Below are positions 1 through 10,600 of a stretch of DNA of 30,642 nt, piece by piece; the first letter of the stretch is position 1; every line of letters begins with the position of its first letter. Made by a program: the position numbers and the translations under genes. The notes beneath the pieces were generated by a model. It saw only the letters and a program-made list of their open reading frames with translations. It did not search any database and had not been told where the DNA came from. Location: positions 1 through 30,642 of IMG/VR virus record IMGVR_UViG_3300030090_000464; one strand, written 5' to 3'. This stretch comes from a virus (taxonomy: Duplodnaviria > Caudoviricetes).

Positions 1-4
1 ATAA

Positions 5-175
5 ATGGAAATAATAGTAGACATATTTAACATTGTAACAGCAGCAGTAGCTTTAGCTTCAGCAGTTGCAGCAGTAACCCCTACACCTAAAGACGATGAA
101 TGGGTTGCAAAGGCTTATAAGTTTATAGATATGATTGCGTTGAATGTAGGACTAGCAAAGGACAAAGGAGAGTAG
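5..175 (+). CDS. Small membrane protein, putative holin-like (56 aa; not in ORF track)
   Basis: Read manually: ATG at 5, TAG at 173-175; MEIIVDIFNIVTAAVALASAVAAVTPTPKDDEWVAKAYKFIDMIALNVGLAKDKGE. A hydrophobic helix followed by TPTPKDD...LNVGxAK resembles a common small phage membrane-protein family. TAA at 2-4 suggests an upstream gene ends there. Confidence 0.75.
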   Translation: MEIIVDIFNIVTAAVALASAVAAVTPTPKDDEWVAKAYKFIDMIALNVGLAKDKGE

Positions 176-178
176 TAG

Positions 179-364
179 ATGGCATTAGATACTGAAGCAG
201 TTAAGTCAGGGGTAGATGTATTAGCAGTATCCACGACTGCTTCAGCGTTGATGGGTTGGTTACCTCCTTTAGCAGCCTTAGCAACATTAATATGGACTAG
301 CATCCGTATTTATGAAACACAGACTGTAAGGAGTATATTTAGGAATGACGAAAAAGAAGAATAA
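179..364 (+). CDS. Small membrane protein, holin-like
   Basis: SD AAAGGAG at 164-170; hydrophobic segment LMGWLPPLAALATLIWTSIRIYET, typical of small phage membrane proteins. Confidence 0.7.
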   Translation: MALDTEAVKSGVDVLAVSTTASALMGWLPPLAALATLIWTSIRIYETQTVRSIFRNDEKEE

Positions 365-455
365 GACACAACGAGAAGAAATCTGGAAATGGATGAGGGT
401 TACTTTAGGACAAAAGAAACCTAATAAGAAGATTAAGTCTAAAAAGGAAAAGTAA
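345..455 (+). CDS. Small Lys-rich hypothetical protein (36 aa; not in ORF track)
   Basis: MTKKKNKTQREEIWKWMRVTLGQKKPNKKIKSKKEK; AAGGAG at 328-333; its TAA (453-455) abuts the ATG at 456, filling the gap exactly. Confidence 0.55.
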   Translation: MTKKKNKTQREEIWKWMRVTLGQKKPNKKIKSKKEK

Positions 456-2960
456 ATGAGTAAAGCACGACAATCAAAAAGACAAAGATATAGAAAGCCT
501 AGAGCAGACTATCAAGCTGGTGGTCGTGTTAATGCTCGTATAGGAGGAGGTGGCCCCAGAAGATTTACTGAATATGATGCTGTTATGCCTAGAGGCGGTA
601 AAAAAATACCTAGAAAGAAAACTGATCTTCCTTTAAAAGATATACCAGTAATAGGAAATCAAACATATACACCTATTGAATCTTCTGGTGATGTAAATTC
701 TGAATTAGATAAAATAAATAGAGCGCAAGCAGAAGCTCAACGACGAGCAGCAGCTCAAAATAATAATGAAGCTTCCGAAGAATTAAATTATAATACAGAT
801 GACGCTGCAACTACTCAAAGTCCTGCTAATTTAGTAACAACTCAAAATCCTCAAAATGTTCAAGCTACACAATCTCAGACAAACAGTGGTGTAGATGAAA
901 CTATGGAAGGTGAAGGAGATGTAACTAAAGATGATCAAGGAAATAATCAATTATCTTCTGAGGATGCTAAAGGGAGTGAAAATGTGAGTAATAATCAAGG
1001 ATCTAGTTCAGGAAATGAAAAAAAGCCAATTCCTAAGCCTACAGATAATCCTATTACTGGTATTATTGATAAAGATGCTAGAGAAGAAAGACTTAAAACA
1101 TATGATACAGAATTAGCTAAAGGTCTTAAAGGTGAACTTCCTGATAATGCTAAACTAGCTGATATATCTGAAGAAGCAGGGACTAAACTTAAATATGAAT
1201 CTGCTAAAGAAATAACAGGTAAAGATCCTGTTACAGTAGCTGAACCTACTAAAACTCCAGAAGCTGAAGAAGTTAAAGCTATGGATGATGAAGATGTTAA
1301 AACTGTAAAAGATGTAGAAAAAGCTAAAGATGTAACTATAGATCCTGTAACAGGAAAACCTAAAGAAGCTGCTCAACTTGATTTAGATGAATTAGATTTA
1401 TTAAAAGAAGATGCTGATGTTGAAGCTGCAAAATTAGATGATCTTTCAGATGAATCTACTGTAGATGTAGACAAAGTTAAAGTTAAAGGTGTAGATTCTA
1501 TTGAAGCAGCTACAGTAGCAGATGAATTTAGATCAGATGATCCTGAAGCTAATGCTGCTCTTGTTAAAGAAGTAACAGGTAAACTAAGCCCCGGAGCTAA
1601 AGCAGAAGTAGTAAAAGTAGCAGGTCTTTCAGAAAGAAAGATTACTAGATATAAAAAACAATTAAGAAATGCTGGCTTATCAGAAGATGAAATTAAAGAA
1701 ATAGGAAATGATCCATCAGCATTAGAAGATAGAGTATTAGATTTTTCTGAAGAAGAAAGAGGTGTAATAGAAGGTTTACCTGAAGAAGCTCTTGTAAGTA
1801 CTCAAATAGAAGGTCTTCTTGAAGGTATGGAAGAAGGTAATCCTCCTTCATGGGCTAGACCAGCAATAGCTGCGGTTAATCAAATGTTAGCTCAAAGAGG
1901 CATGAGTGCTTCTACAGTAGGTCGTGATGCATTATTTAATGCTGTTATACAAAGTGCTATGCCTATTGCACAATCTAATGCTCAAGCAATACAAGCCAGT
2001 GTATCTCAGTCTAAAGACATAGAAGCTAAAGCAGCTATGCAAGATGCAGCAATGGCTCAAGAAAGAGCAGTTCAATATGCTGGTAATGTATTTAATATGG
2101 ACATGGCAAACTTTAATGCTCAACAACAAGCAGCAGTAACTAATGCTAAATATTTTCAAACAGTAGCTTTAACTGAAACTAATAACAGACAACAAGCAGC
2201 AATACAAGATGCTGTTATTACTTCACAACTTAATATAGCTGAAGCAGATATGCAAACTAAAGCTAGAATAAACAATGCTAATGCATTTTTAAAACTTGAT
2301 ATGTCTAATTTAGCTAATCAACAACAAGCAAATATAACAGAAGCACAAATTGAAAATCAAAGAATGTTAAGCAATCAAGCTGCTAAAAATACAGCTTTAT
2401 CTTTAAATATTCAAGAGCAAAATAAAGTTGATATGTTTATGACTAATATGCAAAAAGAAATAGAAGTTGCTAATGCTGCTGCTGTAAATAACATGGCTCA
2501 ATTTAATACCAATCAACAAAATGCTGCCACAGCTAGAGAAGCTGATAGAGAGCTTGATAGACGTAAAGCTAATGCAGCTATGGCTCAAGACATAAATAAA
2601 TTTAATGCTGATATGAAACAAAGGAGAGATACATGGAATGCTGCAAATGCTGCGGCAGTACAACAAGCAGATGTAGTTTATCATCGTAAAACAAACCAAA
2701 TAAACACAGCCACTCAAAATGCTGTTAATTTACAAAATGCTATGAATGGATTTAATATGACTGTTAAATCTATGTCTTTTTTAAATCAAGAAATGAGAGA
2801 TCAAGCAGACTTTGAATTTAAAGCATATGAAGCAGAAGAACAAAGAGCAGCTTCAGTTATTGTAGGTGCTTTAGGAGCAGATGCTAAAGCATATGAACAA
2901 GGTGGTTGGTCAGCAGCACTTAGAGATCAGATTAACGCATTAATTAGGATTTTGACATAA
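456..2960 (+). CDS. Large virion-associated protein (probable internal virion/ejection protein) with Q/N/A-rich coiled-coil C-terminal half
   Basis: 834 aa; basic N-terminus, acidic low-complexity middle, long A/N/Q-rich helical region (QFNTNQQNAA-type repeats); first of a block of large late genes. Confidence 0.55.
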   Translation: MSKARQSKRQRYRKPRADYQAGGRVNARIGGGGPRRFTEYDAVMPRGGKKIPRKKTDLPLKDIPVIGNQTYTPIESSGDVNSELDKINRAQAEAQRRAAAQNNNEASEELNYNTDDAATTQSPANLVTTQNPQNVQATQSQTNSGVDETMEGEGDVTKDDQGNNQLSSEDAKGSENVSNNQGSSSGNEKKPIPKPTDNPITGIIDKDAREERLKTYDTELAKGLKGELPDNAKLADISEEAGTKLKYESAKEITGKDPVTVAEPTKTPEAEEVKAMDDEDVKTVKDVEKAKDVTIDPVTGKPKEAAQLDLDELDLLKEDADVEAAKLDDLSDESTVDVDKVKVKGVDSIEAATVADEFRSDDPEANAALVKEVTGKLSPGAKAEVVKVAGLSERKITRYKKQLRNAGLSEDEIKEIGNDPSALEDRVLDFSEEERGVIEGLPEEALVSTQIEGLLEGMEEGNPPSWARPAIAAVNQMLAQRGMSASTVGRDALFNAVIQSAMPIAQSNAQAIQASVSQSKDIEAKAAMQDAAMAQERAVQYAGNVFNMDMANFNAQQQAAVTNAKYFQTVALTETNNRQQAAIQDAVITSQLNIAEADMQTKARINNANAFLKLDMSNLANQQQANITEAQIENQRMLSNQAAKNTALSLNIQEQNKVDMFMTNMQKEIEVANAAAVNNMAQFNTNQQNAATAREADRELDRRKANAAMAQDINKFNADMKQRRDTWNAANAAAVQQADVVYHRKTNQINTATQNAVNLQNAMNGFNMTVKSMSFLNQEMRDQADFEFKAYEAEEQRAASVIVGALGADAKAYEQGGWSAALRDQINALIRILT

Positions 2961-2970
2961 GGTACTACAT

Positions 2971-4518
2971 ATGAAAAAGTTTTTTAGTAAAATAGCTAAA
3001 GGGTTTAGAGAAATAGGTAAAGGCTTTAAAAAGTTTTTTAAATCTAAAATAGGTAAAATATTAGGAACTATTTTATTAGCTATAGCTTTACCTGCTGTAG
3101 GAGGAGCTATTTTTGGAGCAGGAGGTGGAGCAGCAGGGGCTACTGTAGCTCAAACAGCGGCAGCAGCTACTCAAACAGCAGCGGCAGCAACTAGTCCTAC
3201 TCTTGGTTTAGGGTCAGCTCTAACAAGCGTATCAGGTACTGTAGCTGCTCCGGGTACAACATTAGCAGGAACAGCAGCAGGAAGTTTAGGAACCGCAGCA
3301 AGTGCTGTAGCTGCTCCGGGTACAACATTAGCAGGAACTTCGGCAGGAGCTTTAAGTGGTACTAGTATTGCAGGAGGAGTAGTCCCGGCTGTTTCAGGCA
3401 GCGGAGCTTCTTTGTTAGGAGGAGCAAGTACAGGAGCAGGTATAGCTGCGGGAGAAATAGCAGCTGGAGCAGATGTAGCAGCAGGATTAGGAAATGTACT
3501 AGGAAAAGAAGCCGTAGTTACAATTAACAGTGGAGCAGATGTTTTAAAAGTAGCTGATGGATTAGCAAAAAATTTACAAATTACTGAGCCTAATGCAATA
3601 TTTAATTCTGTATCAGATGTAGGTAAAGCTTCTGTAAAAAATCTTGAAGCTGCTGTTATAGCTCCTGAAAAAGTTGTAACTAGTAGTGAACTAACTAAAA
3701 GTGCAGAAACATTTGCTCAAATTGGAAAACAAGAAGGAGGAGTTTCTCAGCTTACAGCTAAAATGAATATTAAAGGTGGATTAGGTGAAGGATCTCTTTC
3801 TAATGTAAGTCAATCAACATTAAAAGATACCTATATAAAATTAGGTGAAGGTATTCCAAAATTTAATGATTTATCATTGGCTCAACAACAAGTAACGGTA
3901 CAAAATTATTTAAGCCCCGGAAATAATTGGTCACAATCTTTTACTAGTCCTACATTTAGAACTGATTATACTAATTTTATAGCTGACAAAGGAACATCTA
4001 CTTTAGGTGAAAGTTTTTTAAATCCTACTAAATTAGATTTAAGAGCAGCTTCAGAAATTCCCGGAGTTAGACAATATCAAAGTATGGGAGAAGCTTTAAA
4101 AGCTGGAGATAGTTTATTAAGTAAAGCAGGTAATGTAGGTGAATACATAGCAGATACTTCTATATCTGATTTAACTAGAGGAGGCTATACTGGCCCCGGA
4201 GGAAATGTAGGAGTAGGAACAGCAAGTGTAGGTGGTTATACTGTAGCTTCTCAATTTGCTAGCCCTCAATTTGAAGGTAGAGAAATGAGTCCTTCTACTC
4301 TTAGTGTAGCTCAAGATATGGCAAATAGAGGTACTGCTTATACTGATAATACTCTTTCAGGAGTAACTACTGATATGTATAGCAATAATATTGAAGATTA
4401 TCAAGGTTCAAATTATATGGGTTATATGAATTCAATAAATCAACAAAATAATGTTACACATTCTTATGGTCATAATGATGTTAGTATGGGTCATATAGAT
4501 CCAGTTATGTACGGATAA
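2971..4518 (+). CDS. Putative ejection/DNA-pilot-type internal virion protein
   Basis: 515 aa; cationic amphipathic N-terminus, then hydrophobic ILGTILLAIALPAVGGAIFG and a long Gly/Ala-rich tract, as in membrane-inserting ejection proteins of podoviruses. Confidence 0.55.
   Translation: MKKFFSKIAKGFREIGKGFKKFFKSKIGKILGTILLAIALPAVGGAIFGAGGGAAGATVAQTAAAATQTAAAATSPTLGLGSALTSVSGTVAAPGTTLAGTAAGSLGTAASAVAAPGTTLAGTSAGALSGTSIAGGVVPAVSGSGASLLGGASTGAGIAAGEIAAGADVAAGLGNVLGKEAVVTINSGADVLKVADGLAKNLQITEPNAIFNSVSDVGKASVKNLEAAVIAPEKVVTSSELTKSAETFAQIGKQEGGVSQLTAKMNIKGGLGEGSLSNVSQSTLKDTYIKLGEGIPKFNDLSLAQQQVTVQNYLSPGNNWSQSFTSPTFRTDYTNFIADKGTSTLGESFLNPTKLDLRAASEIPGVRQYQSMGEALKAGDSLLSKAGNVGEYIADTSISDLTRGGYTGPGGNVGVGTASVGGYTVASQFASPQFEGREMSPSTLSVAQDMANRGTAYTDNTLSGVTTDMYSNNIEDYQGSNYMGYMNSINQQNNVTHSYGHNDVSMGHIDPVMYG
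3239..3338 (+). repeat. Exact 34-bp direct repeat, 66-bp period, in frame (VAAPGTTLAGT twice)
   Basis: ctgtagctgctccgggtacaacattagcaggaac at 3239-3272 and 3305-3338. Confidence 0.9.
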
Positions 4519-4537
4519 TTAAACTAGGAAATAACAT

Positions 4538-5149
4538 ATGGCAGAACAACCTTTAATTGATGAAGACATTGTAAATGAGATATCTCCTTTTCAAAGACCT
4601 ATTCCCGGTCAATCTTTAACTAATGATCCTGATACTTCTTATGCTTGGGAAAGTCCTCCTGAGTACGTTACAGTGGAAGATGGTATTGAATACTTTATGG
4701 ATAAAATATTAGATAAAGATGCTTTTACTAATTTAATTCAATTATTAGCATCAAAAAGATTTTCTATAGCTACTTTAGCTCAAATAATGTTAGAGAAAGG
4801 ATGGAGAGAAGGAAAATGGAAATCTGATCTTATGTTACTTCTTGCAGAACCTTTAATGGTTATATTAATGGCTATTTCTGAAAGAGCAGAAATTAGAGAT
4901 TATGAATTATATGATGGTGAAAATGATGAAGTTGATGACGAAGAAGAAATAGCTATAACAAAAGATCTTAGAGATTCTATTAAAGAAGATACATTTTTTA
5001 GAGGAATAAGTATACCTCCAGTAAGAAAAGAAAGTGTTCCTGAAGGTGTATTAGAACAAATAAAAGAAATGCCAATTCCAGAAAAAGAAAGTTTATTAGC
5101 TGCTCCAGAAAAAAATACTTCTGAAGAAAGTTTACTAGGGAGATCATAA
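4538..5149 (+). CDS. Acidic virion-associated hypothetical protein
   Basis: 203 aa with PIPGQSLT...YAWESPP motif; lies within the internal-virion gene block; stop abuts next ATG. Confidence 0.6.
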   Translation: MAEQPLIDEDIVNEISPFQRPIPGQSLTNDPDTSYAWESPPEYVTVEDGIEYFMDKILDKDAFTNLIQLLASKRFSIATLAQIMLEKGWREGKWKSDLMLLLAEPLMVILMAISERAEIRDYELYDGENDEVDDEEEIAITKDLRDSIKEDTFFRGISIPPVRKESVPEGVLEQIKEMPIPEKESLLAAPEKNTSEESLLGRS

Positions 5150-7639
5150 ATGTCTATAATTGATAGAGTAGGGCCTATAATAGATACTGTAATGGGTGCT
5201 AACCAAGGCAGAAGAGATAAACAAAGAAGAAGAGAAAATGCTTTGATGGGAACAAGTATAGCTCTTGGACTTATAGGAAATTTTAAAAGAAATAAATATT
5301 TAGATAAAGCAGACCAAGCTTCTATTGATCAGTGGATAGCACGAGGCAAAATACGGAATGAAATTTCTGAATTAAAACAAGAAAAAGAAGCTCTTTCTGG
5401 ATACACTAAAGCATTAGCTAATGTAGATTTAACTAAACCTGCTTTAGTAGAAAATGCTATAGGGCCTCAAGTTTGGCAAGAAACTGTATATAATAATGAA
5501 AGTTTAAGAGAGTCAGGAAAAGCTGCTGACTACCCTACTTATCAAGATTTTTTAAAACATAGACATATGTACAGTGCTGATGGCCAAAGAAAAATTAAAG
5601 AAGCTTATGATGCTAATTTACAAAATACATTAGAAAGAGTTAAAACAGGCAAAAAAGTTGATTTAGTAAATCTTGAAGCTCAGTTTAAAGAGATAGAAGC
5701 AAATAAAATTAACACTGATTTTATAGAAAATGCTTCTTTGTTAAATTTATTTACAGGTAAAACAGAAAAAAGACTACAAAGAAAACTTAAAGCTTTTGAT
5801 AGTTTTTCAGGAATGTATCTTTCCGATCCTATAGAAAAAAATGCAATGGCATTTAATGCTTTAAGAGGATCTAAAAATTTAACAGATACTAAAGCTGCTT
5901 TAAAGAATCATCAATTTTCTGATGTTACTAGACTTCCAAATGAAACATTAAATATTATTAGTATTTTTCCTCCTGAAGAACAGAAAAAATTAATTGATAT
6001 GATTGAAAGTAATTTACAAACTGAAGAAATTTTAAAAGATGGTGTTATAGATCAAAGTGAAGTAGAACGTGTAGGATATAAAGTTGTATATAATACAATG
6101 AATCCTACCGAGGGTGTTAAAGCTTCTGCTGCTGAAAAAGCACAAAAAATAAGAGCAATTTATGATTCTAATATATCTGATGAAGAAAAAGCAAAAAAAA
6201 TAGAAGTTGTAAATTTAGATTATGAAAATACATTAAATTTTTTCAGCTCTATTACAGATATGGATACTGCTAAAAAAGCAGTAGCTCAAAAAAATTCTGC
6301 TGAAGGAGTATTACAATATATAGAAGCAAATAATTTAGATACAACAGATCCTCAATTAGCTAATATTATGAGAAGACAATCACGTTTATGGGAATCAGGT
6401 CTTGATTCTGTTAGTCAAAATATTCTAAGAAAACAATTAGACGCTGAACTTAGTTATATTACTACACAAAGATATGCTGATAAAAACGATGCTAAACTAC
6501 AAAGAGAAGCAGAAGATAGAATTATTTCATTAATAGGTGCTGATAAACCTTATAATGCAGCAACTGTAAATGATTTAGTAAGAAAAAATCCTGAGTTACA
6601 AAGTGATAAAAATTTAGCACGTAAAAGAATAGGTAAAGGTTCTAGAATATTTTGGACTCCTATTGATGCAAATGATAATAATAAAAATAGTCCATACATA
6701 AATGATGCATTTTTTAATCAATCAGTAAGAGGTTTAGCTAAAGCTGTTAACCCTGAACTTAATAATTTAATTGAAACTGTACGAGATTCAAATACAGATG
6801 CTTTTGATGCCATGAGAAAATGGTACGCTAATACAAGAGATAGAATAGACATATTAGCTGCTGAACAAGAAGCAGTAGGAACTTTTGGGCCGGGAATTAC
6901 TTTAGATAAAGATTTTATTTTTAGGCAAATAGTAAGTGATCCTACTTATTCAAATTTAATTGGATTTGCTGATGATTCTTTTACTACTGCGGCTGGACAT
7001 GATGAAGCTTTATCTGAAAAAATGTTAAGATCATTATCTCAACAATATGTAAATACTCAACTAGGAACATCAATAGATGCCAAACGGATGAGAAATTCTT
7101 TTGGTTTAAATATTAAAGGGGGAGTACATCCTGATATAGTTAATGAATTAAACTCTTTAAATAAAAAAGAAGCTGCGGATAAAGTAAATAGTTATGTTAC
7201 TAATATTCTTCAAGAGTATGATGATGATATAAACATTACTCCAGAACAAAAAGAAGAACAAAAAGAAAATGTTATTGACACATGGGAAAATTTTCTTCAA
7301 GACAATGGTATATTAATTAGTTGGAATGAAAATAATAAATCTTTTAATTCTATGGATACTGCTGATTTATCAAGTATAGAACGATTAATTAATGAAACTG
7401 AAAATCAATTAAAACAAACTAGAAAACTTAATCCTTCTGTAGGGCCTAGAGCAGCTACTGAAAATCCTATGTATACTCAGTTAGAAGAAAAATTAAAAGA
7501 TTTAAATTCTCTTGATAACATAGAAAGATCAATAGATTTATATCAATCAAAACCTAAAAGAACTTCACGACAAGAAGCTACTTTAAATAGACAAATACAA
7601 AAGAAATTTGAAATTTATAGGAAATACAACATTCAATAA
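5150..7639 (+). CDS. Large internal virion protein (predicted helical)
   Basis: 829 aa; N-terminal hydrophobic stretch ALMGTSIALGLIG; TAATG overlap with the 2137-aa gene. Function inferred from size and position only. Confidence 0.55.
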   Translation: MSIIDRVGPIIDTVMGANQGRRDKQRRRENALMGTSIALGLIGNFKRNKYLDKADQASIDQWIARGKIRNEISELKQEKEALSGYTKALANVDLTKPALVENAIGPQVWQETVYNNESLRESGKAADYPTYQDFLKHRHMYSADGQRKIKEAYDANLQNTLERVKTGKKVDLVNLEAQFKEIEANKINTDFIENASLLNLFTGKTEKRLQRKLKAFDSFSGMYLSDPIEKNAMAFNALRGSKNLTDTKAALKNHQFSDVTRLPNETLNIISIFPPEEQKKLIDMIESNLQTEEILKDGVIDQSEVERVGYKVVYNTMNPTEGVKASAAEKAQKIRAIYDSNISDEEKAKKIEVVNLDYENTLNFFSSITDMDTAKKAVAQKNSAEGVLQYIEANNLDTTDPQLANIMRRQSRLWESGLDSVSQNILRKQLDAELSYITTQRYADKNDAKLQREAEDRIISLIGADKPYNAATVNDLVRKNPELQSDKNLARKRIGKGSRIFWTPIDANDNNKNSPYINDAFFNQSVRGLAKAVNPELNNLIETVRDSNTDAFDAMRKWYANTRDRIDILAAEQEAVGTFGPGITLDKDFIFRQIVSDPTYSNLIGFADDSFTTAAGHDEALSEKMLRSLSQQYVNTQLGTSIDAKRMRNSFGLNIKGGVHPDIVNELNSLNKKEAADKVNSYVTNILQEYDDDINITPEQKEEQKENVIDTWENFLQDNGILISWNENNKSFNSMDTADLSSIERLINETENQLKQTRKLNPSVGPRAATENPMYTQLEEKLKDLNSLDNIERSIDLYQSKPKRTSRQEATLNRQIQKKFEIYRKYNIQ

Positions 7640-10600
7640 TGATTACACAATTTCCCACATCGTTTGGATTACCGTCACAAACAACTTTTAAAAGAGCATT
7701 AAGAGATGAAACTTTAGATGATCTTGAAAATGATGATGAGTATATTAATAGAGCATCTCGTTTTCTTCAAAGTTTAGGAGAAAAAGAAAGTGATGTTGAT
7801 GATTTATACGAATACTTTAGAGATGCAGATTGGAATTTAGCATCAGGAGCTAATAGAGCTTTTAATGAATTGCCTAATTTTACTGATCAACAAAAACAAG
7901 ATTATAGATATTTAAAACAAAGATTTGATAAAGCAGATACAGGAAGCATGTCACAGTACCTTAGTGCTGCTAGAGATATAGGAATTGATATTGTTACTGA
8001 TCCTATGTCTATTCTTAGTGCTATGTTTATTCCTTTAACTGGAGGAGCTTCAGTAGCTACTAGAGCAGCATTAGGTGAAGCAACTCGTATGGGTTTAAAA
8101 CAAGTAGGTAAAGGATTTGCTCAAAGTAAACCTTTATTGGCTGTTGCTAAAAAAGAAAAAATAGAACCTGTTCAAAAAGGAGCAGCTTTAGTTAAAACTA
8201 AACTAGCTAGAAAACAAGCTCTTCAAAAGTATTACAAAGATCAAGTTAAATACTATGGCACGTTAGGAGCTGCTGAAGGCTCTATATGGGCTGGAATGGA
8301 TGAATACCTTAGACAAGAACGAGATGACGTAGATGGTATTGATTTACGTTATGGCATGGATTATTCTGATATAGGGTTAAGCGCAGCTATGGGAGGCATT
8401 TTAGGTGGAGCTTTTGGAGCTGTGCCTACTAAACTAGGTCAAAAGTTTTCTCCTGAAGTAAGAAATTCTTTACATAAGTTTGCAGATGAAACTCAATTAG
8501 ATGAATCTGATTTAATCTTTAAAGCAAACAGAGCTAAAGATATTTTTATAGCTAACACAATAGGTAAGCCTACTACACGGCTTATGACTATTTCCAAATA
8601 CTCTCCTACTTTACAAAAATTATTAACTACTTTTAGATACGATACTTACAAAGGTATTGAAGATATAGATTTAGAAGCTGTTAGAAAAGGTGATGAACCT
8701 ATTACTAGATCTTATAAAGAAACCGCAGATGACTATGAAGGTCGATATATGGTTGCTTATGAAGATGCTGTTAGACCTTTATTAAAAGGTAAAAAATTAA
8801 CTAAGAAAGACGAACAAATTCTTACAGAGTTAATGAGAAGTAAAGAAGCTCAAGATATTTTTGAAGAACAAATAGTTGATGCAGATAGAATTAAAAAAGT
8901 AAAAGAATTATTTCCTAATGCTTCTATTGATCATATTAAAACTTATGCAGCAGTAAGAAATTTATCTAACAGAGTATTAGGAGATGGTCAAAAAGTTGGA
9001 ATATACAGACAAGCTTTAAAAGCTGGCCCTAATGCTTGGTTTCCAAGAAGATGGAAATGGAGTGTTGTAGATGAAGATAGAGATGAGTTAGCTAAAATTA
9101 TGGTAGATTCTAATGCTGTTGTCGTAGATGACAATATAGCTTTAGAACTTATAGATGAAAGTAATAGAGAAAATTTATCTAACTTAATAAGTTTAGAAAA
9201 TAATATTGTTGATTTAATAGATAATACTAAAAATAAAAATTATGAAGATATTATTCAGATTGCTCGTAGTTATAATATTGATATACCTAAAGAAGGAGAT
9301 ATTGAATTAGCTGCTGTAACTTTTGGCAAACAATTAACAGAAGCAAGAAATGCTAAGAGAGAATTAATAAATACTATACCTAGTAGTAGACGATTAACTG
9401 ATGAAAAATATAAAGCAGCTAATAATGTAATAGATGAAATGCTAGGTAAAAAAGATTTACTTCATCAAATAGATGGGGATACTTTAGGAACAATTTTGCC
9501 TTCATCTTTTAGTCCTAGAAATTTATTTATGTTAGATGATAAAGACATAGCTAAATTTATTGATGATGATTTTGATTTATTAATGAGAGATTATTTTAGT
9601 TCTAGTGCTAGATTATATGCAAGAAAACAATTATTTGGTGCTAATGTAAATGAATTTAAAGAACGCTTTATTGATGATATAAGAGATGAGTTAAAAGCGG
9701 CTGGAGGATCTTTAAAAGGAAAAGATGCTGAAGAACTTGTTAAGATATATGAATATGCTACAGGGTTAAATCAACAAGGATTTAATTCTAATGTTGCTAA
9801 TACGTTATCAGACTACAGTAAATTATCTCAGCAATTAGCTCACTTACCTTTAGCTACTTTATCAAGTTTTACAGAAATGTTAATTCCTTTAACTAGAGTA
9901 GATGCAGATATTTATGCTAAAGGAGTAGGAAAAGCATTTAAAAATGCTAGTACTTCTTTTTATGATAACACTAAAAAACTTTTACAAGATGATCATAACT
10001 TAGGAAGAGAAGAAGCTCATAGAGAAATGCATAGAGTTATGCTTGGGCTTGAACAAGCTATAGCTCAAAGAATTGATTCATTAGCTGGAGAAGGAGTTCA
10101 AAGTCCTTTAGCTAGAAAAATACAAAATGTATTCTTTAAAGGTAATTTATTAAGTCAATGGACACGTACTGTTCAGTTAGCTGCTTTTACTATGGGTAAA
10201 GATATGATTACTCGTAATCTAAGAATAGTTAAAAATCTTGAAGCTAAAGGAATTAAAAATTTAACTAAGGGTGAAAAAAGAAAACTAGATGATGCTACTC
10301 TTCAGTTATATGATTTAAATGTTGATATTAACAGAGGTAAAACTTGGATAGATCGTGGTGAATCTAAGTACCATAAAATTTCAGAAGATAGATTTACAGG
10401 AATGAAAAAATGGGATGACTTCTATGAAAATCATATAATGAAAGGTGCTGCACGTTTTGCTAATGAAGTAATCTTAGATCCTTCTAAAGCAGCAGTAACT
10501 AGACCTCATGCTCAACAACATCCTGTAGGAACTATTTTATTTCAGTTTTTAGGTTACCCAACTGCGTTTACTAATACAGTATTAAAAAATTATTATACTC

